Origin: Candidatus Omnitrophota bacterium
Lineage (GTDB): Bacteria > Omnitrophota > Gorgyraeia > 2-01-FULL-45-10
Length of the DNA stretch: 64,000 bases
Reading direction: 5' to 3'
Assembly (NCBI GenBank): GCA_020057115.1
Contig: JAGVGJ010000039.1
Span: forward strand, 52,806-116,805
The notes under the pieces are model-generated. The model saw only the letters and a list, made by a program, of their open reading frames with translations, made no database searches and had not been told where the DNA came from. Positions 1-9,340 of this stretch are shown piece after piece; the first letter of the stretch is position 1, and each line of letters starts with the position of its first letter. The translations under genes were made by a program, and so were the position numbers.

Positions 1-26
1 GTTCTTAGTGCATAGTTCATAGAAAC

Positions 27-65
27 AAAAAAAGAACCCGTAAAAAAATTGCGCGGTTCTTTTTT
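27..65. terminator. Probable bidirectional intrinsic terminator
   Basis: AAAAAAAGAACC(27-38)...GGTTCTTTTTT(55-65) hairpin with A and T tracts. Confidence 0.55.
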
Positions 66-96
66 ATTTATATTTTGGGTATTTTAGTGTAATTAA

Positions 97-379
97 TAAT
101 TAAGGTAATAATTAAGGGACGTTTCTAGGTAATTAAGGTAGGTAATTAAGGGACGTTTCTAAATCTGATCTTGGGACGTTTGTAAATTCCATCCCACACC
201 TGTCCCCTAACTTTTTTGTGGACAAATATGATTCTTTATTTTTGGGACATGCTTAAGATGGATTATATAAAGATTCCTATATCCACCTATGTCCATGCCT
301 GTCTCCCCGTTATCCTGAGGGACAGGTGTGGGATGGAATTTGGGGACACATGCAAGATCAGATTTAGAAACGTCCCTTA
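97..379. repeat. Long interrupted inverted repeat plus 4 copies of TAATTAAGG
   Basis: 147-173 is the exact reverse complement of 353-379 (27 bp); 184-206 is the exact reverse complement of 319-341 (23 bp); TAATTAAGG at 97, 109, 130 and 143. Confidence 0.85.
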
Positions 380-435
380 TTTTGAGAAGCTGAGGGGTTT
401 GTGGGCGAAAAATACCCCCACCGATACTGCTTATT

Positions 436-444
436 TGATATAAT
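436..444 (+). promoter_or_regulatory. Extended -10 promoter for hypF, probably a leaderless mRNA
   Basis: TGaTATAAT ends 8 nt before the ATG at 453; no Shine-Dalgarno visible. Confidence 0.5.
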
Positions 445-452
445 ATTATGTT

Positions 453-1547
453 ATGAAGATGGTTATTTTGCCCTTTAATGTTAAGGTGCCGGTGCTTGCT
501 TGCGGGGCGGATCTGAAGGGGGCTTTTGCGCTTGCCAAGGGCAATAATGCTTATTTGGTCGATGGTTTCGGCGATCTAAGTGACCCAGACAACCTGGAGA
601 AGTATGAGAAGGCAGTAAAGCTCACCTGCCGGAAGCTAAAGATAATACCGAAGACGATCGTTTGTGATATGCATCCCGGTTATTTCTCAACTCGTTTTGC
701 CGAAAACTGGACCCTGGCCCCTGGCCCCTGGACCCTTAGCAAGGTCCAACACCATCACGCCCACGTGGCCGCCGCTATCATCGACAATTCAATAAAAGGC
801 GACGTGATAGGGGTTGCGTTCGATGGCACTGGCTATGGCCTTGACGGAAATATCTGGGGTGGGGAGTTCTTCATCGGGAGCCTGAAAGGCTTTAAGCGAG
901 CCGGGCATCTGGAATATGTCGCAATGCCGGGAGGGGAAGCAGCGATAAGAGAGCCATGGCGCATGGCGGCGAGTTTTTTACATTCCGCCGGAGTCGATGA
1001 CATCGCAAGATCGTTATACGGTAATAAGACGAAACCCATAAAACTATTGATAGACAAGGCCTTCAATTCACCTCTCACATCGAGCGCCGGAAGATTGTTC
1101 GACGCTGCGGCGAGCATCATCCTTAGAAAAGAGAAGGCGATATTCGAGGCTGAACTTCCGATAGCCATCGAAAAGATAGCCGAAGAGTCATGTGGTGATC
1201 ATTATAAGTGCGCTACTACACCTCAACTCGTGAGAGCTGTGGCGCGCGACTCATTAAAAGGCGTCGAGCGTTCTATAATATCGGCAAAATTCCATAATTC
1301 TGTCGCAAGGCTCATATTGAATACGGCGCGGAAGATAAGAAGAAGCACGAAGATAAAAAAAGTCATTCTCGCGGGTGGGGTATTCCAGAACAGATTTTTA
1401 ACAGAGCGCGCTACGGGGCTTTTAGAGAAAGCGGGCTTCGAGGTATTTATTCACACTGACATTTCAACCAATGATTCCGGCATCCCGATAGGGCAGATAG
1501 CGCTCTGCGGGACCCTGGACCCTGGATCCTGGCCCCTGCACGCATAG
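453..1547 (+). CDS. hypF: Short HypF (C-terminal Kae1-like carbamoyltransferase part only)
   Basis: DMHPGYFST, VQHHHAH, DGTGYGLDGNIWGGE, TSSAGRLFDA, GGVFQN and NDSGIPIGQ motifs; no acylphosphatase or Zn-finger N-terminus. Confidence 0.9.
   Translation: MKMVILPFNVKVPVLACGADLKGAFALAKGNNAYLVDGFGDLSDPDNLEKYEKAVKLTCRKLKIIPKTIVCDMHPGYFSTRFAENWTLAPGPWTLSKVQHHHAHVAAAIIDNSIKGDVIGVAFDGTGYGLDGNIWGGEFFIGSLKGFKRAGHLEYVAMPGGEAAIREPWRMAASFLHSAGVDDIARSLYGNKTKPIKLLIDKAFNSPLTSSAGRLFDAAASIILRKEKAIFEAELPIAIEKIAEESCGDHYKCATTPQLVRAVARDSLKGVERSIISAKFHNSVARLILNTARKIRRSTKIKKVILAGGVFQNRFLTERATGLLEKAGFEVFIHTDISTNDSGIPIGQIALCGTLDPGSWPLHA
707..736 (-). repeat. Heptamer array (4 units) inside hypF
   Basis: CTGGACC CTGGCCC CTGGCCC CTGGACC. 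Confidence 0.85.
1508..1538 (-). repeat. Heptamer array (4 units) at the hypF 3' end
   Basis: CGGGACC CTGGACC CTGGATC CTGGCCC CTG. Confidence 0.85.
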
Positions 1548-1563
1548 TTTGCGAGGATTTCTT

Positions 1564-1776
1564 ATGTGTTTAGCGATACCAATGAAGATAATCAAGATCG
1601 ACGGCGATACGGCAACAGTAAAGGCTGGCGGCTTGGAACGTAAGGCTAATATAGCACTACTTAAGAATGTCAGGTTGGGTGAGTACATCCTTGTGCATGC
1701 GGGCTTTGCCATAGAGAGGGTCAAGGAGTCCGAAGCGAAGAAGACATTGAAAATAATGCATGAGCTTGAGATGTGA
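1564..1776 (+). CDS. hypC: Hydrogenase maturation chaperone HypC
   Basis: N-terminal MCLAIP and LVHAGFAI motifs; start moved to the ATG at 1564. Confidence 0.95.
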   Translation: MCLAIPMKIIKIDGDTATVKAGGLERKANIALLKNVRLGEYILVHAGFAIERVKESEAKKTLKIMHELEM

Positions 1777-1952
1777 GTTTCACGCGATGCTCGGGCGAAC
1801 CCAGCGGTTCGCCCAACGAGTAAGCCGACATCTCCATGCGGCTCGCTTATGGGTAAGGCTGGATTGGATCACGCTCTATATGGGAAACTGGTGGGTGATC
1901 CAATAAAGTATTAAGGTGTCGCTTCGCGACCTAGATAGGGAAGAAACAAGAA

Positions 1953-2218
1953 CAAACCCTGAGCCCAATTTAGCACATTGAAAATGTTAGGCCTTTTAGA
2001 AGTAGAAAAATGGTTATATATAACAATTTTTTGATATTAAAAGGACCGAGGATGTTTGAGGCCTCCTCCGGAGGCCGAGTTCCGCAAGCCGCTGCTGTAT
2101 TCACCAGGCGGCAGCCCCCGAAGGGGGCTGGTCCCCATTTTTCTACTGAACAAAAGGCCGGCCCTTTAGTTTAACTAGAGGGGCAACATTTTCAGTGATA
2201 AATTGGGTTCAGGGTTTG
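1953..2218. repeat. Nested palindromic element (MITE-like or structured RNA)
   Basis: 1953-1988 pairs with 2185-2218; 1990-2013 pairs with 2135-2159; internal multibranch hairpins. Confidence 0.75.
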
Positions 2219-2236
2219 GAAGCTACATGAGAGAGA

Positions 2237-3355
2237 ATGATGAAGTATATCGATGAGTTCAGGGACAAGCATCTGATCGTGAAGATCGCTAAGCGCATAC
2301 GCGAAGCGGTCGATCCGAGCCGCACTTATAATTTCATGGAAGTATGCGGCACGCACACTATGAGCATATTCCGCTTCGGCCTGCGGGACCTGTTGCTTAA
2401 GAATATAAGGCTTATTTCAGGCCCGGGATGCCCGGTCTGCGTCACGCCGAACGAATATATCGATAAAGCGATCGCAGCCGCAGAGCTTCCAAATGTCATC
2501 ATAGCCACATTCGGGGATCTCTTCAGGGTCCCGGGATCATATTCAAGTCTTGAAAAAGAAAAAGCCGCAGGCAGAGACATCAGGATGGTCTATTCAAGCA
2601 CCGATGCGATCGAACTCGCCAAGAAGCATCCCGATAAGGAGGTTGTTTTCCTGGGCATAGGGTTCGAGACCACGATACCTACGGTAGCCATGTCGATATT
2701 GATGGCGAAGAAGGAGAAGTTGAATAACTACTCGGTCCTCTCCGGCCATAAGACGATGCCGGAAGTATTAAGAGCGCTCGTCACAGACAGGTCCGTAAAG
2801 GTGGATGGTTTTATCCTTCCGGGGCATGTGAGCGCTATAATAGGCGTAAAGCCTTATCAGTTCCTGGCCAAGACCTACAAAAAGAGGTGCGTCATAACCG
2901 GTTTTGAACCGCTGGATATCTTGCAGGGGATATTGATGCTCGTTTCGCAGAAGAAGCCTAAGGTGGATGTTCAATATACGAGGATAATAGAGGCTTCCGG
3001 CAACAGGCGCGCCGAAGCGAGTATTGAGAAGGTCTTCCAGAAGACGATATCTAATTGGCGCGGGATCGGAGAAGTAAGAAATAGCGGTCTAAAGATACGG
3101 AAAGCTTTTTCCGCCTTCGATGCGGAAGATAAATTCAACATAAGGCCAAGGCCTTCAAGAGAACATGCCGGATGTGTATGTGGGGAAGTGCTTAAGGGCG
3201 TAAAAACGCCGCTTGAGTGCAGATTATTCTCCAAGGTCTGCAACCCTGAGCATCCTGTCGGTGCATGTATGGTAGCTACCGAAGGGACGTGCGCGGCATA
3301 TTATAAATACAGGGGCCAGGGGCCAGGGGCCAGGGGCCAGGAAAAAACATGGTGA
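2237..3355 (+). CDS. hypD: Hydrogenase maturation protein HypD
   Basis: MEVCGTHT, GPGCPVCV, GFETT, PGHVS motifs and a C-terminal Cys cluster. Confidence 0.97.
   Translation: MMKYIDEFRDKHLIVKIAKRIREAVDPSRTYNFMEVCGTHTMSIFRFGLRDLLLKNIRLISGPGCPVCVTPNEYIDKAIAAAELPNVIIATFGDLFRVPGSYSSLEKEKAAGRDIRMVYSSTDAIELAKKHPDKEVVFLGIGFETTIPTVAMSILMAKKEKLNNYSVLSGHKTMPEVLRALVTDRSVKVDGFILPGHVSAIIGVKPYQFLAKTYKKRCVITGFEPLDILQGILMLVSQKKPKVDVQYTRIIEASGNRRAEASIEKVFQKTISNWRGIGEVRNSGLKIRKAFSAFDAEDKFNIRPRPSREHAGCVCGEVLKGVKTPLECRLFSKVCNPEHPVGACMVATEGTCAAYYKYRGQGPGARGQEKTW
3310..3341 (+). repeat. Heptamer array (4 perfect CAGGGGC) at the hypD 3' end
   Basis: (CAGGGGC)4 followed by CAGG. Confidence 0.9.
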
Positions 3356-4353
3356 GAAAAATACTTTTAAGTCATGGTTCCGGTGGGAGGATGATGCATG
3401 AACTTCTCGATAAGTTCATATTGAAAGAGCTTGATAACGAGATATTGAGGGAGAAGAAGGATTCGGCCATCCTGGCCCTCGGGAATAAGAAATTCGCATT
3501 TACCACAGACTCTTATGTGGTCGACCCGATAATATTCCCCGGAGGAGATATCGGAAGCCTTGCTGTGTGCGGCACAGTGAATGATCTTGCCGTTTGCGGC
3601 GCCCGTCCGTTATACCTGTCAGTCAGCGCTATTATCGAAGAAGGGCTCGAGATGGCGATATTGGAACGGGTCATAAGATCTGTAAGGGATGCGGCTAAGG
3701 CTGCCGGAGTAAAGGTCGTTACAGGCGACACTAAAGTCGTCAACAAAGGCTCTTGCGACAAGATATTCTTAAATGCGAGCGGTATCGGCGAGATATATTA
3801 CGGCGGGCTTTCAGCGGACAGGATAAAACGCGGAGATGTCATCATAGTTAACGGCCCAATAGGCGAACATGCCATAAGCGTCTTGTCAAAGCGCGAAGGC
3901 ATAGGCTTCAACACAACTGTCAAGAGCGATTCAGCGCCGTTAAACAAGCTTATCACCGGGATATTAGGCGCCTCTAAAAAAGTCAGGTTCATGCGCGACC
4001 CGACGCGCGGGGGCGTCGCAACCACATTGAATGAGATAGTAAAAGAGATGCCTTTCGGGATAATGCTCAATGAAAGCGATATACCCCTCAGCAATGGCGC
4101 AAGAGGGGCGTGCGAATTGCTTGGGCTCGATCCTCTATACCTTGCGTCTGAAGGCAGGGTGCTTGTTGTCGTCGCCAAAGAGGATGCCGGGAAAGTCTTG
4201 CGCGCGATGAAGCGTGATAAACTGGGCAGGAAGGCCAAGGTAATAGGTTGCGCGGTCAAGGAACACGCGGGAAAGGTATTTCTCAATACAGTATCCGGCG
4301 GCAAGAGGATAGTTGACATGCTTTCAGGCGAGCAGCTTCCGAGGATATGCTAG
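3349..4353 (+). CDS. hypE: Hydrogenase maturation protein HypE
   Basis: HGSGG, TTDSYVV, TGDTKVV, MRDPTRGG and C-terminal LPRIC. Confidence 0.97.
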   Translation: MVRKILLSHGSGGRMMHELLDKFILKELDNEILREKKDSAILALGNKKFAFTTDSYVVDPIIFPGGDIGSLAVCGTVNDLAVCGARPLYLSVSAIIEEGLEMAILERVIRSVRDAAKAAGVKVVTGDTKVVNKGSCDKIFLNASGIGEIYYGGLSADRIKRGDVIIVNGPIGEHAISVLSKREGIGFNTTVKSDSAPLNKLITGILGASKKVRFMRDPTRGGVATTLNEIVKEMPFGIMLNESDIPLSNGARGACELLGLDPLYLASEGRVLVVVAKEDAGKVLRAMKRDKLGRKAKVIGCAVKEHAGKVFLNTVSGGKRIVDMLSGEQLPRIC

Positions 4354-4357
4354 AACG

Positions 4358-5077
4358 ATGTATAAAGAACGCGCTTACAGGAGATGGGTAAAGTCAGACG
4401 GACTTGTATCATTTGAGGCCGTGGTGAAGGAGACGGATCTATTCGTATCGGCCGATAGCGATCTAAAGAAAGAAGCCGTCGCATCCATAATGCGTTATCG
4501 CGGGGAACTTGAAGATTATATTATGAAGCATGAGGATTTTTTGACATCTCTTGAGCCGGTAGAAGTTAAAGCCGATGCACCCGAGATAGCGAAAGTGATG
4601 GCTGCAGCCGCCAAGAAAGCCGGCGTAGGCCCGATGGCTGCCGTGGCAGGCGCTATGGCGGAATTTGTGGGAAGAGGCCTTCTCAAGTTATCCGGCGAGA
4701 TAGTGGTTGAAAATGGCGGGGATATATTCTTAAAAATAAATAAGAAGCGCTCCATGGGTATATTCGCGGGTGAGCGCTCGCCATTTACGGGAAAGCTTGC
4801 CATTGAGATCGAGCCTGATAAGGATGGAGTTGGGGTCTGCACTTCAAGCGGCACGGTGAGCCATTCTTTAAGTTTCGGGAATGCAGATGCGGCGCTTATC
4901 ATATCGGATAATGCCGCGCTTGCCGATGCGATGGCGACAGCTACAGGCAATCTCGTTAAGAGCGCATCCGACATAGAGAAAGGTGTCGCTTTCGCGAAGT
5001 CTGTAGAAGGCGTCAGGGGAGTGCTTATCATAGTAGGGGATAAATTAGGCAGTTGGGGTGATATAAAGTTAATATGA
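4358..5077 (+). CDS. UPF0280 / ApbE-like protein
   Basis: VGPMAAVAG, VENGGDI, CTSSGTVSHSLSFG, ADAMATA. Confidence 0.85.
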   Translation: MYKERAYRRWVKSDGLVSFEAVVKETDLFVSADSDLKKEAVASIMRYRGELEDYIMKHEDFLTSLEPVEVKADAPEIAKVMAAAAKKAGVGPMAAVAGAMAEFVGRGLLKLSGEIVVENGGDIFLKINKKRSMGIFAGERSPFTGKLAIEIEPDKDGVGVCTSSGTVSHSLSFGNADAALIISDNAALADAMATATGNLVKSASDIEKGVAFAKSVEGVRGVLIIVGDKLGSWGDIKLI

Positions 5078-5089
5078 CAAGGAGGGGCC

Positions 5090-5497
5090 ATGGTATCAAA
5101 AAGGATAGTGTTAACATTTCCGCACAAGCTGCTCGACCAGCCGATAGCATATAAGCTGGTGAAGGACCACAACCTGATGTTCAACATCCTTCAGGCGAAG
5201 ATAACCCCAAAGGAAGAGGGCATCATGGTCCTTGAGCTTTCCGGAAAGAAGGAAGATTATGCGCAGGGAATAAAGTACCTTACGGAACTCGGCATAAAGA
5301 TAAAGCCTTTAAGCAAGGATGTCTCAAGAAATGACGTAAAGTGCACGCATTGCGGGGCATGCATCACTATATGCCCGACAGGCGCTTTATACATGGACAG
5401 GGACACGATGAAGGTCATATTTGACGATGAAAAATGCATAGCCTGCGAGCTTTGCGTAAAGGCCTGTCCCCCGAGGGCAATGGTGGTAAAGTTCTAA
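5090..5497 (+). CDS. NIL-domain protein with a 2[4Fe-4S] ferredoxin domain
   Basis: N-terminal FNIL motif; CTHCGACITICP and CIACELCVKACP; GGAGG RBS. Confidence 0.88.
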   Translation: MVSKRIVLTFPHKLLDQPIAYKLVKDHNLMFNILQAKITPKEEGIMVLELSGKKEDYAQGIKYLTELGIKIKPLSKDVSRNDVKCTHCGACITICPTGALYMDRDTMKVIFDDEKCIACELCVKACPPRAMVVKF

Positions 5498-5498
5498 C

Positions 5499-5527
5499 TT
5501 GACTTGGCGTATTTCAGGGCATAAAAT
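5499..5527 (+). promoter_or_regulatory. Sigma70-type promoter heading hydrogenase operon 1
   Basis: TTGACT-17 bp-TAAAAT. Confidence 0.6.
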
Positions 5528-5553
5528 ATATCTCTTTCACCGGCCAGGAGAGC

Positions 5554-6603
5554 ATGGAAAAAACATTTTACACGATAACAAAAAAAGACCTTTTTGACCT
5601 CTTCTCTAGGTTGTCAAAAGAGTACAGGATATTCGTCCCTTACAAGAAGGGCGAAGGCCTGTACTTCGGCGAATTCAACGCCGAGAAGGAAGACGAGATA
5701 GAGCTGGGCGCGATAAGACAGGCTCAGCCGTTCAAGTCTTTTATATCCGTTTCCCGCGAGAATGTCCTGGAGCCCGCAGAGAAGCGTTCCGGCCCTGTCA
5801 TAGTGGCCGGGGTGAAAAGCTGCGACCTCCAGAGCATGGTCCTGCAGGACCATGTATTCCTCGAAGGGGATTTTAAGGATCCTTTCTACGCAAAAAAGAG
5901 AGAAGATACGATCATAATATCCCATGACTGCACCACTGCCAAAGAGACGTGTTTCTGCATGGCGATGGCGGGCATGCCATTCCCCCAAAAAGATTTTGAC
6001 ATGAACCTCTCCCCGGTCGACGGGCACATACTGGTTGAGATCGGAAGCGAAAAGGGCAGGGCGATGGTGGGCGGTTATAAGACCTTCTTTAAGAGCGCCG
6101 ACTCCCGCGATATGAAAGCCAGGGATGAGCTGCGCGCTAAAGTCTCCGAAGAGGTCTCAGGTTTTATAAGTAAGCGTGGCACCCCGAAGACGACCGAACT
6201 GTGGGGGGTGGTAAAAAAGAATTACGACAACATCCCGTTCTGGCAGGATTTTTCTTCGACGTGCGTCGAATGCGGCGCATGCAATCTCGGATGCCCGACC
6301 TGCCACTGCTTTCTTCTTTATGACTCAAAAGGAAAGGACATCCCCAGGAGGATGAAGGCCTGGGATTCGTGTCTTTATAACACTTTTGCAAGGGTGGCCG
6401 GTGACCATAACCCGAGAAAACACCTTTATGAAAGGCTGCGCAACAGAATAGACAAAAAGCTCGACTACTTTCCGCATGTCATGAATTATTTCGCCTGCAC
6501 GGGGTGCGGGCGCTGTATAGAGGCGTGTCCCGGCGATATCGATATCAGAGAGATAATGAAAGGGCTTATGAAGGGCGCCTGGAACAAGCCGCCGAATGAT
6601 TAA
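5554..6603 (+). CDS. AsrA / sulfhydrogenase beta-like 4Fe-4S dicluster protein
   Basis: GVKSCD, CFC, CVECGACNLGCPTCHCF, WDSC, CTGCGRCIEACP. Confidence 0.85.
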   Translation: MEKTFYTITKKDLFDLFSRLSKEYRIFVPYKKGEGLYFGEFNAEKEDEIELGAIRQAQPFKSFISVSRENVLEPAEKRSGPVIVAGVKSCDLQSMVLQDHVFLEGDFKDPFYAKKREDTIIISHDCTTAKETCFCMAMAGMPFPQKDFDMNLSPVDGHILVEIGSEKGRAMVGGYKTFFKSADSRDMKARDELRAKVSEEVSGFISKRGTPKTTELWGVVKKNYDNIPFWQDFSSTCVECGACNLGCPTCHCFLLYDSKGKDIPRRMKAWDSCLYNTFARVAGDHNPRKHLYERLRNRIDKKLDYFPHVMNYFACTGCGRCIEACPGDIDIREIMKGLMKGAWNKPPND

Positions 6604-7423
6604 TATGAAAAATCCGTATAGCTATATTGAGGCCGAGATACTGGACGTCATCGAAGAGTCCCCGACCATCAAGACCTTCAGGCTTAAGCCTAAGGCAGAC
6701 ATAGGTTTCAGGGCGGGCCAGTTCATGGATGTCACCATCCCCGGGGTTGGAGAGGCGCCGTTCACGCCTTCCTCGAACCATGACGTCAAGGAGTATCTGG
6801 ATTTCACCATCATGAAGGCAGGCCGCGTCACGAATCTTCTTCACGGGATGAAAAAGGGAGAGGTCGTGGGCCTGAGGGGGCCTTACGGCAAGGGATATCC
6901 TCTGGACATATTTAAAGGCAAGGATATATTTATCGTAGGAGGCGGCGTAGGGCTTGCGCCATTGAGGGCTCTGTTATACGCACTTTTCAACGAGGTCGAT
7001 GATTACAACAAGATAATACTTAAATACGGTTCAAGGTCCCCGAAGGACATAATATATAAAAGCGAGATAGATACCTGGAGAGACAGGGGCAAGAATGTGA
7101 GCCTTGAGGTCTCGTGTGATACCGGAGACGATACATGGAAAGGCAACGTCGGTCTTGTGACCACGATATTGAAAGACCTTGATATAAATATGGCTAATGC
7201 CGTATCGATAGTATGCGGCCCGCCGATAATGATGAAGTTCGTCACGTTCAAGATCCTGGACCTCGGGTTCAAAGACACGCAAGTCTATCTCTCGATGGAG
7301 AAGAACATGTCGTGCGGCATCGGCAAGTGCGGCCACTGCAGGATAGGGCCGTATTACGCATGTAAGGACGGGCCGGTATTCACTTACGACAAGATCAAGG
7401 ATCTGCCGAATATATGGGATTAA
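6596..7423 (+). CDS. AsrB / sulfhydrogenase gamma-like FAD/NAD(P)-binding [2Fe-2S] protein
   Basis: RGPYGKGYP, GGGVGLAPLR, CGPPIMM, MSCGIGKCGHC...CKDGP. Confidence 0.9.
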   Translation: MINMKNPYSYIEAEILDVIEESPTIKTFRLKPKADIGFRAGQFMDVTIPGVGEAPFTPSSNHDVKEYLDFTIMKAGRVTNLLHGMKKGEVVGLRGPYGKGYPLDIFKGKDIFIVGGGVGLAPLRALLYALFNEVDDYNKIILKYGSRSPKDIIYKSEIDTWRDRGKNVSLEVSCDTGDDTWKGNVGLVTTILKDLDINMANAVSIVCGPPIMMKFVTFKILDLGFKDTQVYLSMEKNMSCGIGKCGHCRIGPYYACKDGPVFTYDKIKDLPNIWD

Positions 7424-7426
7424 TAG

Positions 7427-7454
7427 AGGGACAAGGGGCCAGGGTCAAGGGTCC
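7427..7454 (+). repeat. Heptamer array (4 units), intergenic
   Basis: AGGGACA AGGGGCC AGGGTCA AGGGTCC. Confidence 0.8.
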
Positions 7455-7464
7455 CAGGTGAAAT

Positions 7465-7968
7465 ATGAAAAGGCTATTCATAGATCTGGACATATGCGAT
7501 CAATGCGACGAATGTGTCTCGTCATGCTCTTATGTCCAGCATCCGAAGAATGAAGGCATCACATCCTTAAGGGAGCTGGCGCATTTCGTCGTAGTCTGCC
7601 GCAGGTGCGATGATGCCCCGTGTGTGGCCTCATGCCCGTGGGAAGCGCTCGAGATGCAGGACTATAATGCGCTCAAGAGATACATGATGAGGTGCACCTC
7701 ATGCAAGTCATGTTCGAGGGCATGCCCGTTCGGGGTCATATATCCGGAGACGATACCTTTCATCATAGCAAGGTGCGATTTCTGTCTCGGAAGGCTCAAA
7801 GAGGGCGAGACGCCGGCCTGTCTCCAGGCATGCACGCATAATGGCGTCAAGTACGGCGAGTTCGAAGAAAATAAGGACGAACATATCTACCAGGTATCGG
7901 AATATCTGGTTGTGAAGACAAATTACAAATGGGAGAGGATCCTCCAGGCTCCTCCGAAGAAGAAATGA
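7465..7968 (+). CDS. HycB/DmsB-like multi-[4Fe-4S] electron transfer subunit
   Basis: CDQCDEC, CRRCDDAPCVASCP, CTSCKSCSRACP, CDFC...PACLQAC. Confidence 0.85.
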   Translation: MKRLFIDLDICDQCDECVSSCSYVQHPKNEGITSLRELAHFVVVCRRCDDAPCVASCPWEALEMQDYNALKRYMMRCTSCKSCSRACPFGVIYPETIPFIIARCDFCLGRLKEGETPACLQACTHNGVKYGEFEENKDEHIYQVSEYLVVKTNYKWERILQAPPKKK

Positions 7969-8903
7969 ACATTTTTGGATACTTAGGGCTACTCTTGATA
8001 TTCCCGGGCTTTTTGTTCACGGCCTTCATGGGGCTCATGGTGGGCTGGGTGGACAGGAAGGTCACGGCCAGGATACAGTACAGGGTCGGCCCTCCGTGGT
8101 ACCAGAATTTCTTCGATATTGCGAAGCTATTCTTCATAAAGGAGACGCTGATACCGGCGGGCGTGTCTAGGGCGCTGTTCCTCGGGATGCCGGCCTTGGG
8201 CCTTGCAGGGGCTACTCTGGTCTCCACGATGGTGCTCGTTATAAACGCATCCCCGAAGACGGGTTTTATAGGGGACCTTATCGTAATAGCGTACCTTTTG
8301 CTCATACCGCCTATCGCGGTGATGCTCGGCGGGTTCGTCTCCGAGAACAGCCTCGCGTCGCTCGGCGCGTCGAGGGAGATGAAGCTCATGATGTCATATG
8401 AGCTTCCGTTCATCCTTGCCATGACCGTGCCGATAATAAAGTGCGGCTACTCGATAAAGCTGGGGGAGATGATATCGGCGCAATATGTCAATGGCCCGGT
8501 ATTTGCGAGCGCATCCGGGGTGATCGCTTTCTTCGTCATGATGCTGTGCATCCAGGCGAAGCTCGGATTTGTACCGTTCGATATGCCCGAGGCCGAGACC
8601 GAGATAATGGCAGGCCCGTATATCGAATATTCAGGCAAGGCCCTCGGGATATTCAAGCTGCAGAAGGCGATGCTCGGGTTCATCATCCCCGTATTCATGA
8701 TAACTTTGTTCTTCGGCGGGATAAAGGATGACTTCTCCGGTTTTATGAAGAACATAGCCGAGTTCGCAGGGATACTGGTAATAATGATAGTCATAAAGAA
8801 CACCAACCCCCGCGTCAGGATAGACCAGGCGATGGGATTCTTCTGGAAACCTGTCACCGCCGCGGCGGTAATAGCGGTGGCGTTGGCGTATTTCGGGAAA
8901 TAG
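7965..8903 (+). CDS. NuoH/MbhM-like membrane subunit
   Basis: DRKVTARIQYRVGPP, PFDMPEAETE, EYSG, PRVRIDQ; start moved to the ATG at 7965. Confidence 0.92.
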   Translation: MNIFGYLGLLLIFPGFLFTAFMGLMVGWVDRKVTARIQYRVGPPWYQNFFDIAKLFFIKETLIPAGVSRALFLGMPALGLAGATLVSTMVLVINASPKTGFIGDLIVIAYLLLIPPIAVMLGGFVSENSLASLGASREMKLMMSYELPFILAMTVPIIKCGYSIKLGEMISAQYVNGPVFASASGVIAFFVMMLCIQAKLGFVPFDMPEAETEIMAGPYIEYSGKALGIFKLQKAMLGFIIPVFMITLFFGGIKDDFSGFMKNIAEFAGILVIMIVIKNTNPRVRIDQAMGFFWKPVTAAAVIAVALAYFGK

Positions 8904-8905
8904 AT

Positions 8906-9340
8906 ATGGGATTAAAAGAAAAGATACTCGCGCGCTCGATATATGTCTTCCATGTCTCAAGCGGCAGCTGCAATAATTGCGATATCGAGATACTGGATTG
9001 CCTGACGCCGAGGTTCGACCTGGAGAGATTCGGCGTGGTACTGGTGGGAAGCGTCAAGCATGCCGATGCCATGTTATGCACCGGATCGGTCAACCGTCTC
9101 ACCGTGCCGCGTATAAAAAAATTATACGAGCAGATGCCCAAGCCAGGTTTTGTGATAGCATGGGGCGCGTGCGGCTCATCGCGCGGGCTCTTCAAGGACA
9201 GCTACAATACCGGTGCGCCGCTCGACGAGATAATCCCGGTCGATGCCTATATCCCGGGATGCCCGCCTAAGCCGGAGGCCGTAATAGGCGCGCTCGTCAA
9301 GCTTAAAGAGAAGATATTGAACAAGAAAGCCGTAAAATGA
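8906..9340 (+). CDS. Group 4 [NiFe]-hydrogenase small subunit (NuoB/MbhJ-like)
   Basis: GSCNNCDIE (CxxC, not the tandem CC of NuoB), GACG, IPGCPPKPE. Confidence 0.93.
   Translation: MGLKEKILARSIYVFHVSSGSCNNCDIEILDCLTPRFDLERFGVVLVGSVKHADAMLCTGSVNRLTVPRIKKLYEQMPKPGFVIAWGACGSSRGLFKDSYNTGAPLDEIIPVDAYIPGCPPKPEAVIGALVKLKEKILNKKAVK

Noticed and set aside
97-161. CRISPR array
   Set aside because: Repeats are 9-19 bp with no spacer-sized unique sequences, and there are no cas genes.
216-443. 75-aa ORF
   Set aside because: Overlaps the inverted-repeat element, has a GTG start without an RBS and no recognisable motif.
5554-7423. Anaerobic sulfite reductase
   Set aside because: No siroheme AsrC subunit in the window.
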